From positions 13,015-77,014 of the forward strand of contig JBPPMZ010000086.1 of NCBI GenBank assembly GCA_051306295.1: 64,000 nucleotides of DNA, given 5' to 3'. A program made the position numbers and the translations under genes. Positions 31,269 through 40,975 of this stretch are shown here, in pieces; within the stretch, counting starts at the first letter, position 1, and each line of letters opens with the position of its first letter. The stretch comes from Candidatus Limnocylindrales bacterium. GTDB taxonomy: Bacteria; Chloroflexota; Limnocylindria; Limnocylindrales; CSP1-4. A model generated the notes under the pieces. That model did not search any database and had not been told where the DNA came from. It saw only the letters and a program-made list of their open reading frames with translations.

Positions 31269-32095
31269 CGGTCGCCACGGCAGCGCACATGGGAGCGCCG
31301 GCTCGCTGGGCCCGTCGCGTCCGCTGGTATGCCCCCGCGGTCATCGTCTTCGTCGCGACGCTGCTGCTCTGGGAGCTGGTCGTCCGCAGCATCCAGGTCC
31401 AGGGGTTCCCACTCCCCGCCCCGAGCGAGATCGCGACGGCCCTGCGAGAGAACTGGGACGCCGGCCGGTGGCCCATCGGCAAGGCGACGTCGGCCACCCT
31501 GTTCGAGGCGTTCGGTGGCCTCGCCATCGGCACCGTGGCGGGCGTGGTCGTGGCCGGGCTCACGGCCCGCTTCGTCACCGCCCGCGAGCTGCTGCTGCCC
31601 CTGGCCATCGGGGCGAGCGCGGTCCCGATCATCGCCTTCGCGCCGCTCATGAACAACTGGTTCGGGGTTCTCAACCCGCTCAGCAAGATGATGATCGTGG
31701 CCGTCCTGGTGTTCTTCCCGGTCGTGGTCAACGTCACCCGCGGGCTCACCCAGGTGGAGCCGGCCGCGCTGGAGCTGATGCGCTCGTATGCCGCGTCGGA
31801 ATGGGCGGTGCTGCTGCGCGTCCGCGTCCCCAATGCCCTGCCATACTTCTTCACGGCGCTCAAGGTCGGCACCACGCTCAGCCTCATCGGAGCCATCGTC
31901 GGGGAGTACTTCGGTGGTTCGAACGACGTGCTGGGACGAGTGATCGTCCAGAGTGCGAGCGCGCTGCGATTCGACGTGACCTGGGCGGCGATCATCGTCG
32001 GCGCGGTCACGGGGATCGTGTCCTATCTCGCGATCGCGGCCCTCGAGCGGGTCGTCATCCCCTGGCACGCCAGCGTGCGCGCTGGGGAACCGTAG
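31265..32095 (+). CDS. ABC transporter permease
   Basis: LPAPSEI, VPIIAFAP, ELMRSYAAS and GAIVGEY motifs. Confidence 0.9.
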   Translation: MTVATAAHMGAPARWARRVRWYAPAVIVFVATLLLWELVVRSIQVQGFPLPAPSEIATALRENWDAGRWPIGKATSATLFEAFGGLAIGTVAGVVVAGLTARFVTARELLLPLAIGASAVPIIAFAPLMNNWFGVLNPLSKMMIVAVLVFFPVVVNVTRGLTQVEPAALELMRSYAASEWAVLLRVRVPNALPYFFTALKVGTTLSLIGAIVGEYFGGSNDVLGRVIVQSASALRFDVTWAAIIVGAVTGIVSYLAIAALERVVIPWHASVRAGEP

Positions 32096-32151
32096 CGACT
32101 GGAGCGCCCGCCCCACGGACGTTCGATCAAGGATCTGGAGGAGGAGTGCAC

Positions 32152-33327
32152 ATGCGAAAGACCAAGGGAATCCTGGCACTGGCTGTGGGAGCCAGCTTCC
32201 TGTTCGCCGCCTGTTCGAGTGGCGGCGCGAGTTCGGCGCCCAGCACGGCCCCGGCGACCGACGCCCCGACCAGTGCGGAGCCCAGCGTGGCGCCCGGCAC
32301 GGATGCGCCCGCTGCGGCGGCGGTCCGGCTACAGCTCCAGTGGGTGCCGCAGGCCCAGTTCGCGGGCTACTTCGCGGCCGTCGAGCAGGGCTACTACGAG
32401 GCGGCCGGCATCGACCTGACCATCGTCCCGGGCGGCCCGGACGTCATCCCGCAGGCGGCGGGTTCGGCAGCCAACGGCCCGGAGTTCACGATCAGCTGGG
32501 TGCCCAAGGTCCTGGAGGCGCGGATCGGCAATCCCGCGTCGGACCTCGTGGATATCGCCCAGATCTTCCAGCGCTCGGGCACCCTGTCCGTGTCGTGGAA
32601 GGACTCGAACATCACCGGGCCCGCGGACTTTGCGGGCAAGAAGGTCGGCGTCTGGGACTTCGGCAACGAGTTCGAGGTCACCGCAGCGGCGACCAAGGCC
32701 GGCCTCGCGGCCGGGACCGACTACGAGAAGGTCATCCAGCCGTTCGACATGTCCCTGCTGCTGACCAAGCAGATCGATGTCGCCGAGGCGATGATCTACA
32801 ACGAGTACGCGCAGGTCCTCGAAGCGACCAACGCCGAGACCGGCGAGCTCTACCAGCCGACCGACCTCAATGTCATCAACTACAACGACGAAGGCACGGC
32901 CATGCTCCAGGACGCCATCTTCGCGCGGGCCTCGTGGCTCGCGGAGGCGGGTAACGAGGAGATCGCCACCAACTTCCTCAAGGCGTCTTTCCAGGGCTGG
33001 ATCTACTGCCGCGACAATCCGGCCGACTGCATCCAGTACACCGTCGATGCCGGGTCCACGCTGGGCGCCGGCCACCAGGCCTGGATGATGAACGAGATCA
33101 ATCCGCTGGTCTGGCCCTCGCCGAACGGCATCGGCCTGGTGGACGCCGCGAGCTGGCAGCAGACCGTGGACGTGGCCATCGGGGCCGGGATCATCACGGA
33201 GGCGCCGCCGGCCGACGCCTACCGGACCGATCTCGCCGAGGCGGCCCTCGCCGCGCTCGCCGACGCCGATACCAAGGGCGCCTCATTCGCCAAGGGCACC
33301 GTGGAGGTCACCCCAGGCGGCAACTGA
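32152..33327 (+). CDS. ABC substrate-binding lipoprotein (NMT1/THI5-like; probably pyrimidine)
   Basis: Lipobox LFAAC; LQWVPQAQFAGYF; GGAGGAG SD. Confidence 0.9.
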   Translation: MRKTKGILALAVGASFLFAACSSGGASSAPSTAPATDAPTSAEPSVAPGTDAPAAAAVRLQLQWVPQAQFAGYFAAVEQGYYEAAGIDLTIVPGGPDVIPQAAGSAANGPEFTISWVPKVLEARIGNPASDLVDIAQIFQRSGTLSVSWKDSNITGPADFAGKKVGVWDFGNEFEVTAAATKAGLAAGTDYEKVIQPFDMSLLLTKQIDVAEAMIYNEYAQVLEATNAETGELYQPTDLNVINYNDEGTAMLQDAIFARASWLAEAGNEEIATNFLKASFQGWIYCRDNPADCIQYTVDAGSTLGAGHQAWMMNEINPLVWPSPNGIGLVDAASWQQTVDVAIGAGIITEAPPADAYRTDLAEAALAALADADTKGASFAKGTVEVTPGGN

Positions 33328-33352
33328 GCCCGATCGTCACTCGCCGATGCGC

Positions 33353-33383
33353 GACGGCCGGCTCCCTTCGGGGGCCGGCCGTC
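33353..33383 (+). terminator. Hairpin terminator of the ABC operon
   Basis: GACGGCCGGCTCCC-ttcg-GGGGCCGGCCGTC followed by gcttgtt. Confidence 0.75.
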
Positions 33384-33401
33384 AGCTTGTTGCTTCGGGG
33401 C

Positions 33402-33478
33402 GGCTCCCGGCTCCCGGCTCCCGGCCCCTGGCTCCTGGCTCCCGGCTCCCGGCCCCTGGCTCCCGGCTCCCGGCCCGG
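33402..33478. repeat. Heptamer tandem repeat (GGCYCCY) x10 plus a partial copy
   Basis: Direct reading: ggctccc ggctccc ggctccc ggcccct ggctcct ggctccc ggctccc ggcccct ggctccc ggctccc. Confidence 0.9.
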
Positions 33479-33490
33479 CTTACCCTCACC

Positions 33491-33691
33491 GGATTCTGAT
33501 CGGACCAGTACTTCGTGGGCAACGGGGCCGACAACAACTCGGTCGAACACTGCGCACGGACCCGGCGGGGGTGCCACTGGCGGCCGCCACGCTCAGGGAT
33601 CACCAGCCCGGACGAATGACCCGTGCGAATGCCGGGTCCCGGGCAGGTAAGACCCAGGCAAGCCGCGCTTGTTACGGTCCGATCAGAATCC
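33491..33691. repeat. 201-bp element bounded by perfect 16-bp inverted repeats
   Basis: GGATTCTGATCGGACC (33491-33506) and GGTCCGATCAGAATCC (33676-33691). Confidence 0.85.
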
Positions 33692-33718
33692 CGCCGCCTA
33701 CCGAGGCGGAGACACGGC

Positions 33719-34474
33719 ATGGCCACCAGGGTGCGACGTACGGACGACGAAGTCGCGGGACAGGTCGAGGCAACCCGGCTGGTCGCGACACTCGGCCAGC
33801 AGGTGCGCTCGGCAAGACGATCGGCCCGGGTGACCCTTCGGACGCTGGCCAAACGGGTCGGCATCAGCGCTGCGCGATTGAGTGAGATCGAGCGCGGCCT
33901 TGGCGGCGGCGCCCCCATCGCGACGTGGGTTTCCATGGGGATCGCGCTGGAGCGGCCGCTCTCGATCGCCCTGACGCGGCCCCTGCGCGAGCCGCGCGGA
34001 CCAGCCGACGCCGGCCACCTGGAGATCCAGGAGTTCGTGCTCGGCCTGGCCCACGCCAGCGGCCGGCACGGCACGTTCGAACTGTCGACCCGCCCGACGG
34101 ACCCAGCACGCTCGACGGATGTCGGGATCCGCGACCCGCGTCATCGAGTCCGGATCCTGGCCGAGTGTTGGAACACGTTCGGCGACCTCGGCGCTGGCGC
34201 CCGAGGCACCCATCGCAAGGCGGCAGAGGCGGCGGCCACCTGGCCGGACGACCGGATCGCCACGGTCTGGGTCGTCCGTGCGACAGCCGCCAACCGCCGA
34301 CTGCTCGCCCGCTACCCGCACATCCTGGCCGCGTCGTTCCCTGGCTCCAGCCGGGCCTGGGTGCGCGCCCTGGCCCGTGGCGATTGCCTACCGCCGGCCA
34401 AGCCCGGCATCGTGTGGTATGACCCCGCCACCGGCCGGCTGAGCGAACACCGCCGCGCTACCATCAGCAGGTGA
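33719..34474 (+). CDS. XRE-type HTH protein with C-terminal PD-(D/E)XK-like nuclease-fold domain
   Basis: [25 protein letters not shown]; D..H..IQ, FE, STDV, ILAECWN and VWVVR pattern; GGAG SD. Confidence 0.72.
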   Translation: MATRVRRTDDEVAGQVEATRLVATLGQQVRSARRSARVTLRTLAKRVGISAARLSEIERGLGGGAPIATWVSMGIALERPLSIALTRPLREPRGPADAGHLEIQEFVLGLAHASGRHGTFELSTRPTDPARSTDVGIRDPRHRVRILAECWNTFGDLGAGARGTHRKAAEAAATWPDDRIATVWVVRATAANRRLLARYPHILAASFPGSSRAWVRALARGDCLPPAKPGIVWYDPATGRLSEHRRATISR

Positions 34475-35115
34475 CCAGCCACGACCGCCTGCACGTCTCG
34501 ACCCACCCGGCGGTCATGCACAAGCTGGCCGTCCTGCGCGACGAGGACACCGAGCCCAAGAAGTTCCGCGAGGTCGTGCGCGAGCTGTCCTGGCTGCTGG
34601 GCTACGAGGCCCTCGCGGACGCAGCCGTGCGCTCGCGACGGATCACGACCCCGATGGAGCCGATGGACGCCAGCGAGCTCGGCGAGCGCATCGGGCTCAT
34701 CCCGATCCTGCGGGCGGGTCTCGGCATGGTCGACGCGATGCTCGAGCTGATGCCCACCGCCCAGGTCTGGCACCTGGGCCTGTTCCGCGACGAGCGCACG
34801 CTCCGGCCGGTGGAGTACTACAACAAGCTGCCCGACTCCGCGAGCGTGGACCTGTGCCTGATCCTGGACCCGATGCTGGCCACGGGCGGATCCGCGACGG
34901 CCGCCATCGAGGTCCTCAAGAAGTGGGGCGCGGTGCGCATCAAGCTGGTCAACCTGATCGCGGCCCCGGAGGGCGTGGCGGCCGTCCAGGCGGCGCACCC
35001 GGACGTCGAGATCCACTGCGCGGCGCTGGACCGCGGCCTCAACGAGAAGGGCTACATCATGCCCGGCCTCGGCGACGCCGGCGACCGCCAGTTCGGGACC
35101 GGCCACCGCGACTGA
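34471..35115 (+). CDS. upp: Uracil phosphoribosyltransferase
   Basis: [19 protein letters not shown] and [12 protein letters not shown] motifs. Confidence 0.97.
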   Translation: MTSHDRLHVSTHPAVMHKLAVLRDEDTEPKKFREVVRELSWLLGYEALADAAVRSRRITTPMEPMDASELGERIGLIPILRAGLGMVDAMLELMPTAQVWHLGLFRDERTLRPVEYYNKLPDSASVDLCLILDPMLATGGSATAAIEVLKKWGAVRIKLVNLIAAPEGVAAVQAAHPDVEIHCAALDRGLNEKGYIMPGLGDAGDRQFGTGHRD

Positions 35116-35117
35116 GG

Positions 35118-36269
35118 ATGACCGACCCGCTGTATCCCGCGCCCCTGGACGTGGACCCGACGTGGTCGGCTGACACGGTCGCCGTCCAGGCTGGCCGGCC
35201 TGCGCGGGTGGCTGGCGCCCCGATGAATGCGCCCATCACCCTGAGTTCGACGTACGTCCACGACGCGACGCTGGAGTACGGGCGCGATGGCAACCAGACG
35301 TGGGGCGCGCTGGAGGCCGCGCTCGGCGAACTGGATGGCGGCAGGGCCGTCACGTTCGCGTCGGGCCTGGCGGCCGCGACCGCCATCGCGTCCCTCGTGC
35401 CGCCCGGTGGCGTCGCGGTCCTGCCATCGGTGGCCTACTACGGTGTCCGGACGATCTTCGAGCACATGCAGGCGGTCGGCAGGCTCGTGGTCCGCACGGT
35501 CGCAGCCGATGACACCGACGCCGTCCTCGCGGCCGCCGAGGGCGCCGACATGGTCTGGGTCGAATCGATCGCCAACCCGCTGATCGTGGTAGCCGACATC
35601 GCGGCCATCGCGACCGGCGCCCAAGAGCGGGGCGCGATCACGGTCGTGGACGCGACCTTCGCGACGCCACTCCGCCAGCGACCACTCGACCTGGGCGCCG
35701 ACATCGTCTTGCACTCGGCGACGAAGCTGATCGCCGGGCACTCCGACCTCCTGCTGGGCGCCGCGATCTGCCGCGACGCGGCCCATGCGACCTTCCTCGC
35801 CACCTACCGCCACGACCACGGGTCGATCCCGGGCGCGTTCGACGCCTTCCTGACGTTGCGCGGCCTGCGCACCCTCGCCGTTCGGCTGGACCGCGCCGAA
35901 GCGTCGGCCGATGAGCTCGCCCGGCGACTGGCATCGCATCCCGACGTGGCGACGGTCCACTACCCGGGGCTACCGGCCGACCTGCAGCATGAGCGTGCCT
36001 CGCGGGCATTGCCGAACGGTGCCGGCCCGATGCTGTCCTTCGAGGTCGCGGGCACCGTCGAACAGACCGAGGCGTTCCTGGCGCGTCTGAGCCTGGTGAC
36101 CCACGCGACGAGTCTGGGCGGCGTCGAGTCGCTGATCGAGCGCCGGGCTCGCTACCCCGGCGACGCGTCTATCGTCACGCCCACCCTGTGCCGCCTGTCG
36201 GTCGGCATCGAGAACGTCGAGGATCTGTGGGCCGATCTCGATGGGGCCCTGCGCGCCGTGCTCGGCTGA
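35118..36269 (+). CDS. Cys/Met metabolism PLP-dependent enzyme (cystathionine gamma-synthase-like)
   Basis: YGRDGN, FASGLAA, HSATKLIAGHSD and SLGGVESLIE motifs. Confidence 0.9.
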   Translation: MTDPLYPAPLDVDPTWSADTVAVQAGRPARVAGAPMNAPITLSSTYVHDATLEYGRDGNQTWGALEAALGELDGGRAVTFASGLAAATAIASLVPPGGVAVLPSVAYYGVRTIFEHMQAVGRLVVRTVAADDTDAVLAAAEGADMVWVESIANPLIVVADIAAIATGAQERGAITVVDATFATPLRQRPLDLGADIVLHSATKLIAGHSDLLLGAAICRDAAHATFLATYRHDHGSIPGAFDAFLTLRGLRTLAVRLDRAEASADELARRLASHPDVATVHYPGLPADLQHERASRALPNGAGPMLSFEVAGTVEQTEAFLARLSLVTHATSLGGVESLIERRARYPGDASIVTPTLCRLSVGIENVEDLWADLDGALRAVLG

Positions 36270-36284
36270 CCCCGAGCGGCGCAC

Positions 36285-36435
36285 TCAGTCGCTGGCGATC
36301 CGCCGGTAGAGTCGGGCCTCCCAGGGGTCGAGCGCGGCATCGGCCGCGACACCGCCACGCGTTCGATCGTTGGTCAGGATCAGGTCCGCCGACGTCCACG
36401 GCGACCGTCGTTCGATCGGTGCGTCCACCGGCGGG
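36285..36435 (-). pseudogene. C-terminal remnant resembling a GH13 alpha-glucosidase tail
   Basis: ...WTSADLILTN...LDPWEARLYRR stop; no credible start or catalytic domain. Confidence 0.45.
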
Positions 36436-36449
36436 CATGACGCTGCGCC

Positions 36450-36834
36450 GGCTGGCGTCGCGAAGGACGGCCTGGAGCAGATCTCCGAGGCCCTCCGACA
36501 GCTCGCGGCACTCCAGGAGCGCATCGTCCCACTCGAGTTGGCGATGCTCGCCGACCCGGAGCTCGGCGCGCAGCGACAGCAGGTCCTGGCCGCCAGTGGC
36601 GGCCGTCCGCCTGGCCCGCCCGAGGCGATCACGGCTTATCTCGCCGCCGAGCAGCGCCTGGGCCGGATCCGCGCCGATGTCGATCCGATCGAGGCGGCGA
36701 TCGTCATCCTGGCCGCCCTCTTCGGCCTGGCGCTGACGCCGGGGCGACTGCCGGTGGCCCTGGACCCGGACCGCGTGGCTGCTGCCGTCCGGTTGCTGGT
36801 CCACGGGATCGCCCGCGAAGCGTCCGCCGACTGA
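36450..36834 (+). pseudogene. TetR-family C-terminal domain lacking the HTH
   Basis: YLAAEQRLGRIRADVDP..AA and VRLLVHGI patterns; no N-terminal HTH in frame. Confidence 0.55.
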
Positions 36835-37318
36835 ACAGATCCTATGGCGCCACCGGGTGTGTGGGTCACCTGCTGGTTGCGCCGGTCCGTCGGCCATTGC
36901 CCGCGGCCAACGAGGGGCGCATGCTGCACGCAAGGGTTCTCGTCGCGAGGTGCGTCGGATGTTCCTGAACCAGGTCCACTTCATCGACCGCGAGTGCAGG
37001 GCGCCCGGGGATGGCGGCTGGCGGTCATCCTCGGCGGCCCGTTCGTCGTCTTTGCCGTGCTGAACGTTCTCGGGCGGCCGTAGCCGGCCACCATCCGGTA
37101 CCGAGGCGCCGATCCTTCACCTGGCGGGCGTTGCTCGCTCAGGGCAAGCAAGGCGAGACGAACGTGCACCGTGGTCCGCCTATGCGACCCGGATCGGCGT
37201 GTTGGGCCGAGGGCCGTGCTCGTTCGTCGCGGATCGCTTCCTCACAGCACGCCTCGAGTCCACCGGTGGTGCGCGTGGAACGGCTCCGGGGGTTGACACC
37301 CGCTTCTCGCGGTATAGA

Positions 37319-37348
37319 TTACCGGAAGGTTATATAACCGTATGGTGA
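37319..37348. promoter_or_regulatory. Palindromic operator at the ArsR-SRPBCC promoter
   Basis: Perfect palindrome GGTTATATAACC (37328-37339) with extended arms; TTGACA at 37293. Confidence 0.7.
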
Positions 37349-37677
37349 CCGACATGCCGATCGACTCGCTCAGCGCCACCTTCGCCGCCCTGGCCGACCC
37401 CACGCGTCGGGCGATCCTCGCCAGACTGGCGCAGAGCGAGGCCTCGGTCAAGGACCTGTCGCTCCCGTTCACGATGACCCAGCCCGCGATCTCGAAGCAC
37501 CTGCGGGTGCTGGAGCAGGCCGGACTCATCGAGCAGGGACGCCAGGCCCAGTGGCGGCCGCGCCGCTTGCGGGCCGAGCCGCTCCGTGATGTGGCGGCCT
37601 GGATCGAGAACTATCGCCGATTCTGGGACGACAGCTTCGACCGGCTCGACACCTTCCTTCGCGACATCCAGGAATAG
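37342..37677 (+). CDS. ArsR/SmtB-family HTH regulator (SRPBCC-associated type)
   Basis: FAALADPTRRAIL, TQPAISKHLRVLE and WDDSFDRLD motifs. Confidence 0.9.
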   Translation: MVTDMPIDSLSATFAALADPTRRAILARLAQSEASVKDLSLPFTMTQPAISKHLRVLEQAGLIEQGRQAQWRPRRLRAEPLRDVAAWIENYRRFWDDSFDRLDTFLRDIQE

Positions 37678-37682
37678 AGGAG

Positions 37683-38189
37683 ATGACCTTGAACGCGACC
37701 CGCATGGACCGCGGCAGCACCGAGACCACCACGATCTTCTCGGTCGACGGCGATCTCACCTACGAGCGAACCTTCGACGCCCCGCGCGACCTCGTCTGGC
37801 GGGCGATGACCGATCCGACCTGGATCCCGCGCTGGTGGGGCCCGCACGGCACCACGACGACCGTGGTGCAGATGGATGTCCGGCCGGGCGGTGCGTGGCG
37901 GTTTATGAGCGCCGCGCCGGACCGCGACGACGTCGCGTTCTACGGCGAGTACCTCGAGATCAAACCCATCGATGGCTATTCCTGGACATTCATGTTCGAC
38001 GTCGAGGGCGTCGGTCCGATGGGCGGCCCGGAGACGTTCCGCCTCGAGGACGTGGCCGGCAAGACCCGGGCGACGACCGTCTCGCACATGGGCGCGGCGG
38101 AGGCCATCGACAGCGCCCTGTCGACCGGCATGGTCAAGGGCGCGATCGAGACCTGGGACCGCCTGGAGGCGGTGCTCGCCGAGGGCTGA
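37683..38189 (+). CDS. SRPBCC/AHSA1-domain protein
   Basis: RTFDAPRDLVW, RWWGP, DVRPGGAWRF and WDRL motifs. Confidence 0.9.
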   Translation: MTLNATRMDRGSTETTTIFSVDGDLTYERTFDAPRDLVWRAMTDPTWIPRWWGPHGTTTTVVQMDVRPGGAWRFMSAAPDRDDVAFYGEYLEIKPIDGYSWTFMFDVEGVGPMGGPETFRLEDVAGKTRATTVSHMGAAEAIDSALSTGMVKGAIETWDRLEAVLAEG

Positions 38190-38197
38190 TCCTGGGC

Positions 38198-38485
38198 TCA
38201 GCCCGGCGTTTCGTTCCCGTCGCGGCCGCCACCGAGCTCGCCTCGGAGGGCGGCCGCGCCGCTCTTGGCGGACCACGCCGTCACGGCGTCGGCCAGGGCC
38301 ACGGAGCCCGGGCGCACGGCCAGGCGGTCGTCCGCGCCGCGGATGCCGGCACCGAGTTCAGCCAGGACGCCACGGTAGGCGGGCTTGTCGCCATCGGCCC
38401 GGGCCTGGGTCGGGTAGACGTCGAAGTAGCCGTCCGAGCTCACGACGACGTGGGCATCCGGTTCGGCGAAGGGCGTTCGAGACAT
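38198..38485 (-). CDS. Hypothetical protein (95 aa)
   Basis: Fills the gap downstream of copB; plausible codon usage; no family recognised. Confidence 0.45.
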   Translation of the reverse strand: MSRTPFAEPDAHVVVSSDGYFDVYPTQARADGDKPAYRGVLAELGAGIRGADDRLAVRPGSVALADAVTAWSAKSGAAALRGELGGGRDGNETPG

Positions 38486-38592
38486 GGGTCGGATCCGATC
38501 ATTCGCGCGCTTCGGACGGTCAGGAAGACCGCCCGGCGCCTGCGACTCGCGACCCCACCATCGGGCCGCGGCCCGATTCCGTCAAACGACGG

Positions 38593-40653
38593 TCAGGCCG
38601 CCCGGAGGTCGAGGCGCCGCAGGAGCTGGGCGTTGGCCGCCACGATGATGGTCGAGAGGCTCATGGCCACGGCTCCGGCGGCCATCGGCAGGTCGAAGCC
38701 CCACGGGACCAGGACGCCGGCCGCGACCGGGATCGCGACCACGTTGTAGCCCGTGGCCCACACGAGGTTCTGCATCATCTTCCCGTAGCTGGCGCGCGAC
38801 AGGCGGATCGCCCCGACCACGTCGCGCGGGTCCGAGCGAACAAGCACGATGCCGGCCGATTCGACCGCCACGTCCGTGCCGGCGCCGATCGCGATCCCCA
38901 CGTCCGCGGTTGCGAGGGCGGGCGCGTCGTTCACGCCATCGCCGACCATCGCGACCCTGCGGCCACCGGCCTGGAACCGCTGCACGGCCGCGGCCTTGTC
39001 GACGGGGAGGACCTGTGCCGCGACCTCGTCGATCCCGAGCCTGCGCGCGACGGAGTCGGCGACCTCCTGGGCGTCGCCGGTGATCATCGCGACCTTGATG
39101 CCCAGGGCGTGGAGACGGTCGACCGCTTCCTTCGATTCCGGACGGATCTCGTCCTCCAGGGCGAGGGCCCCGACGACCTGGCCACCCACGAGCACGTGGA
39201 GCACGGTCCGACCCTCCGCGGACCAGGGTTCACTCGAGGCGAGCGGCGCCTGGTCGGCCTCGGCCAGGAGGCGCGGGCCGCCGACCGCGACGGTGCGACC
39301 GTCGACGACGGCCCGGGCGCCACGCCCGGCCAGTGATTCGAAGCCAGTCGCGGCGGCGACCAGGCCGCCACCCTCCCGAGCCGCCCGAACGATGGCCTGC
39401 GCCAGGGGATGCTCGGAGTCGGCCTCGACCGCCGCGGCGAGGGCCAGGATGTCCGCCTCGGATCGGCCGTCGTGCCCAACGACAGCGGCCACGACGGGCT
39501 CACCGCGGGTCAGCGTCCCGGTCTTGTCGAAGATGACGACGTCGAGCTCGCGGGCGCGCTCCAGGGCGATGCGGTCCTTGACCAGCAGGCCGTTGCGCGC
39601 CCCGATCGACGTGGAGATCGAGATGACGAGGGGGATGGCGAGGCCCAGGGCATGCGGGCAGGCGATGACCAGCACGGTCGCGGTCCGGATCAGCGCGCCC
39701 TCGGTGTCGCCGTTGAGGCTCCACACGATGAGCGTCAGCGTGCCGGCGGCCAGGGCCACGTAGAACAGGAGGGCCGCGGCGCGATCGGCCAGGGCCTGGG
39801 CGCGCGACGCCGATGCCTGTGCCGCGGCGACCAGGCGCATGATGCCGGACAGGGCGGTGGCCTCACCGACCGCGTCCACCTGGACGCGCAGGGAGCCGCC
39901 GGCCGCCACGGTCCCGGCCACGACCCGATCGCCGGTGGTCTTGGGCACGGACCGGGACTCGCCCGTGATCATCGATTCGTCGACATCTGCCGAGCCGTCG
40001 GCGACCAGGCCGTCGGCCGGGACGCGGGTGCCAGGGCGGACCAGGACGACATCGCCGACCTGCAGCGCCGACAGGGCCACGGTCTCGGTGCCGTCGGGTG
40101 TGACCCGCTCCGCGGTGTCGGGCAGGAGGGCCGCCAGCGCGGCCAACGCGCCCTGGGCCTGGGCGATCGAGCGCATCTCGAGCCAGTGACCCAGGAGCAT
40201 GATCGTCACGAGGGTCGCGAGCTCCCACCAGATCTCGACCTCGAACCAGCCGAGCGTCCCCGCCCACGACGTGGCGAAGGCCACGACGATGGCCAGGGAG
40301 ATGAGGGTCATCATCCCGGGCTGGCGGGCTCGCAGTTCCTCGACCCCGCCGCGCAGGAAGACCAGGCCGCCGTAGATGAACACGATCGTGCCCAGGATCG
40401 CCGGGATCCAGTCCGAGCCGGGGAAGACCGGGGCCGTGTAGCCCAGCCACATCTGCGGATCCATGCTCCAGACCACGACCGGGATGGTCAGCACGAAGCT
40501 CAGCCAGAACTTGTCGCGGAACATCGCGACGGAGTGCCCGGCGTGCTTGTCGTGGTTCGTCGCGCCGGCGGCATGGTCAGGCGCGTGGTCGGCGGTCGAG
40601 GGTGCGTGATGGGAGTGGGCGTCCATCGGTTGGGGCTCCGGGCTGGGATTCAT
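38593..40653 (-). CDS. copB: Copper-translocating P1B-3 type ATPase (CopB-like)
   Basis: His-rich N-terminus, TGES, CPH, DKTGTLT, EHP, GDGVND, YN and MSLS motifs; start could be 40626. Confidence 0.93.
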   Translation of the reverse strand: MNPSPEPQPMDAHSHHAPSTADHAPDHAAGATNHDKHAGHSVAMFRDKFWLSFVLTIPVVVWSMDPQMWLGYTAPVFPGSDWIPAILGTIVFIYGGLVFLRGGVEELRARQPGMMTLISLAIVVAFATSWAGTLGWFEVEIWWELATLVTIMLLGHWLEMRSIAQAQGALAALAALLPDTAERVTPDGTETVALSALQVGDVVLVRPGTRVPADGLVADGSADVDESMITGESRSVPKTTGDRVVAGTVAAGGSLRVQVDAVGEATALSGIMRLVAAAQASASRAQALADRAAALLFYVALAAGTLTLIVWSLNGDTEGALIRTATVLVIACPHALGLAIPLVISISTSIGARNGLLVKDRIALERARELDVVIFDKTGTLTRGEPVVAAVVGHDGRSEADILALAAAVEADSEHPLAQAIVRAAREGGGLVAAATGFESLAGRGARAVVDGRTVAVGGPRLLAEADQAPLASSEPWSAEGRTVLHVLVGGQVVGALALEDEIRPESKEAVDRLHALGIKVAMITGDAQEVADSVARRLGIDEVAAQVLPVDKAAAVQRFQAGGRRVAMVGDGVNDAPALATADVGIAIGAGTDVAVESAGIVLVRSDPRDVVGAIRLSRASYGKMMQNLVWATGYNVVAIPVAAGVLVPWGFDLPMAAGAVAMSLSTIIVAANAQLLRRLDLRAA

Positions 40654-40670
40654 ATACTCCCCCCCAGTAT
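40654..40670. promoter_or_regulatory. CsoR-type operator
   Basis: ATACT-C7-AGTAT directly upstream of the Cu-ATPase. Confidence 0.75.
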
Positions 40671-40975
40671 GCAACCGCTGTCAAGACCTCGCGGCCGCAC
40701 CATCGACTCAGGGGCGTTCGACGGTCACCGGGTCGTCGAGTTTCGAGAACCCCAGATCCAGCACGATCGCGATCTGCTGGAGCTCACGGAGTCGCCGACG
40801 CGGGCCGTGGCGTCCAGCTCCCAGGTGGCGGACACGGGGCTCGACGACACGGCGATCTCCCGATGGGCGCTGGATCGGACGGCTTGGGGCCAGACGCTAC
40901 CACCCGGACGTGGCCGCGGTATCCTCGCAGCGCCGCCCGTTGCCCAGGGGCGCCGCCACAGGAGCCTTCCGAACC

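Noticed and set aside
31255-33327. Apparent long N-terminal extensions in the ORF track (31255 SBP, 58253-60139 pstB, 43757 gltX, 34854, 10906)
   Set aside because: The extensions overlap upstream genes in another frame; SD or -10 signals and homology support later starts
33491-33691. Insertion sequence or MITE call
   Set aside because: The IRs do not enclose the ORF, and no DDE/HUH transposase or target-site duplication is evident; kept as an unexplained element instead
40690-40900. Small ORF or ncRNA between copB and the asparaginase-like gene
   Set aside because: No convincing start, motif or long stem
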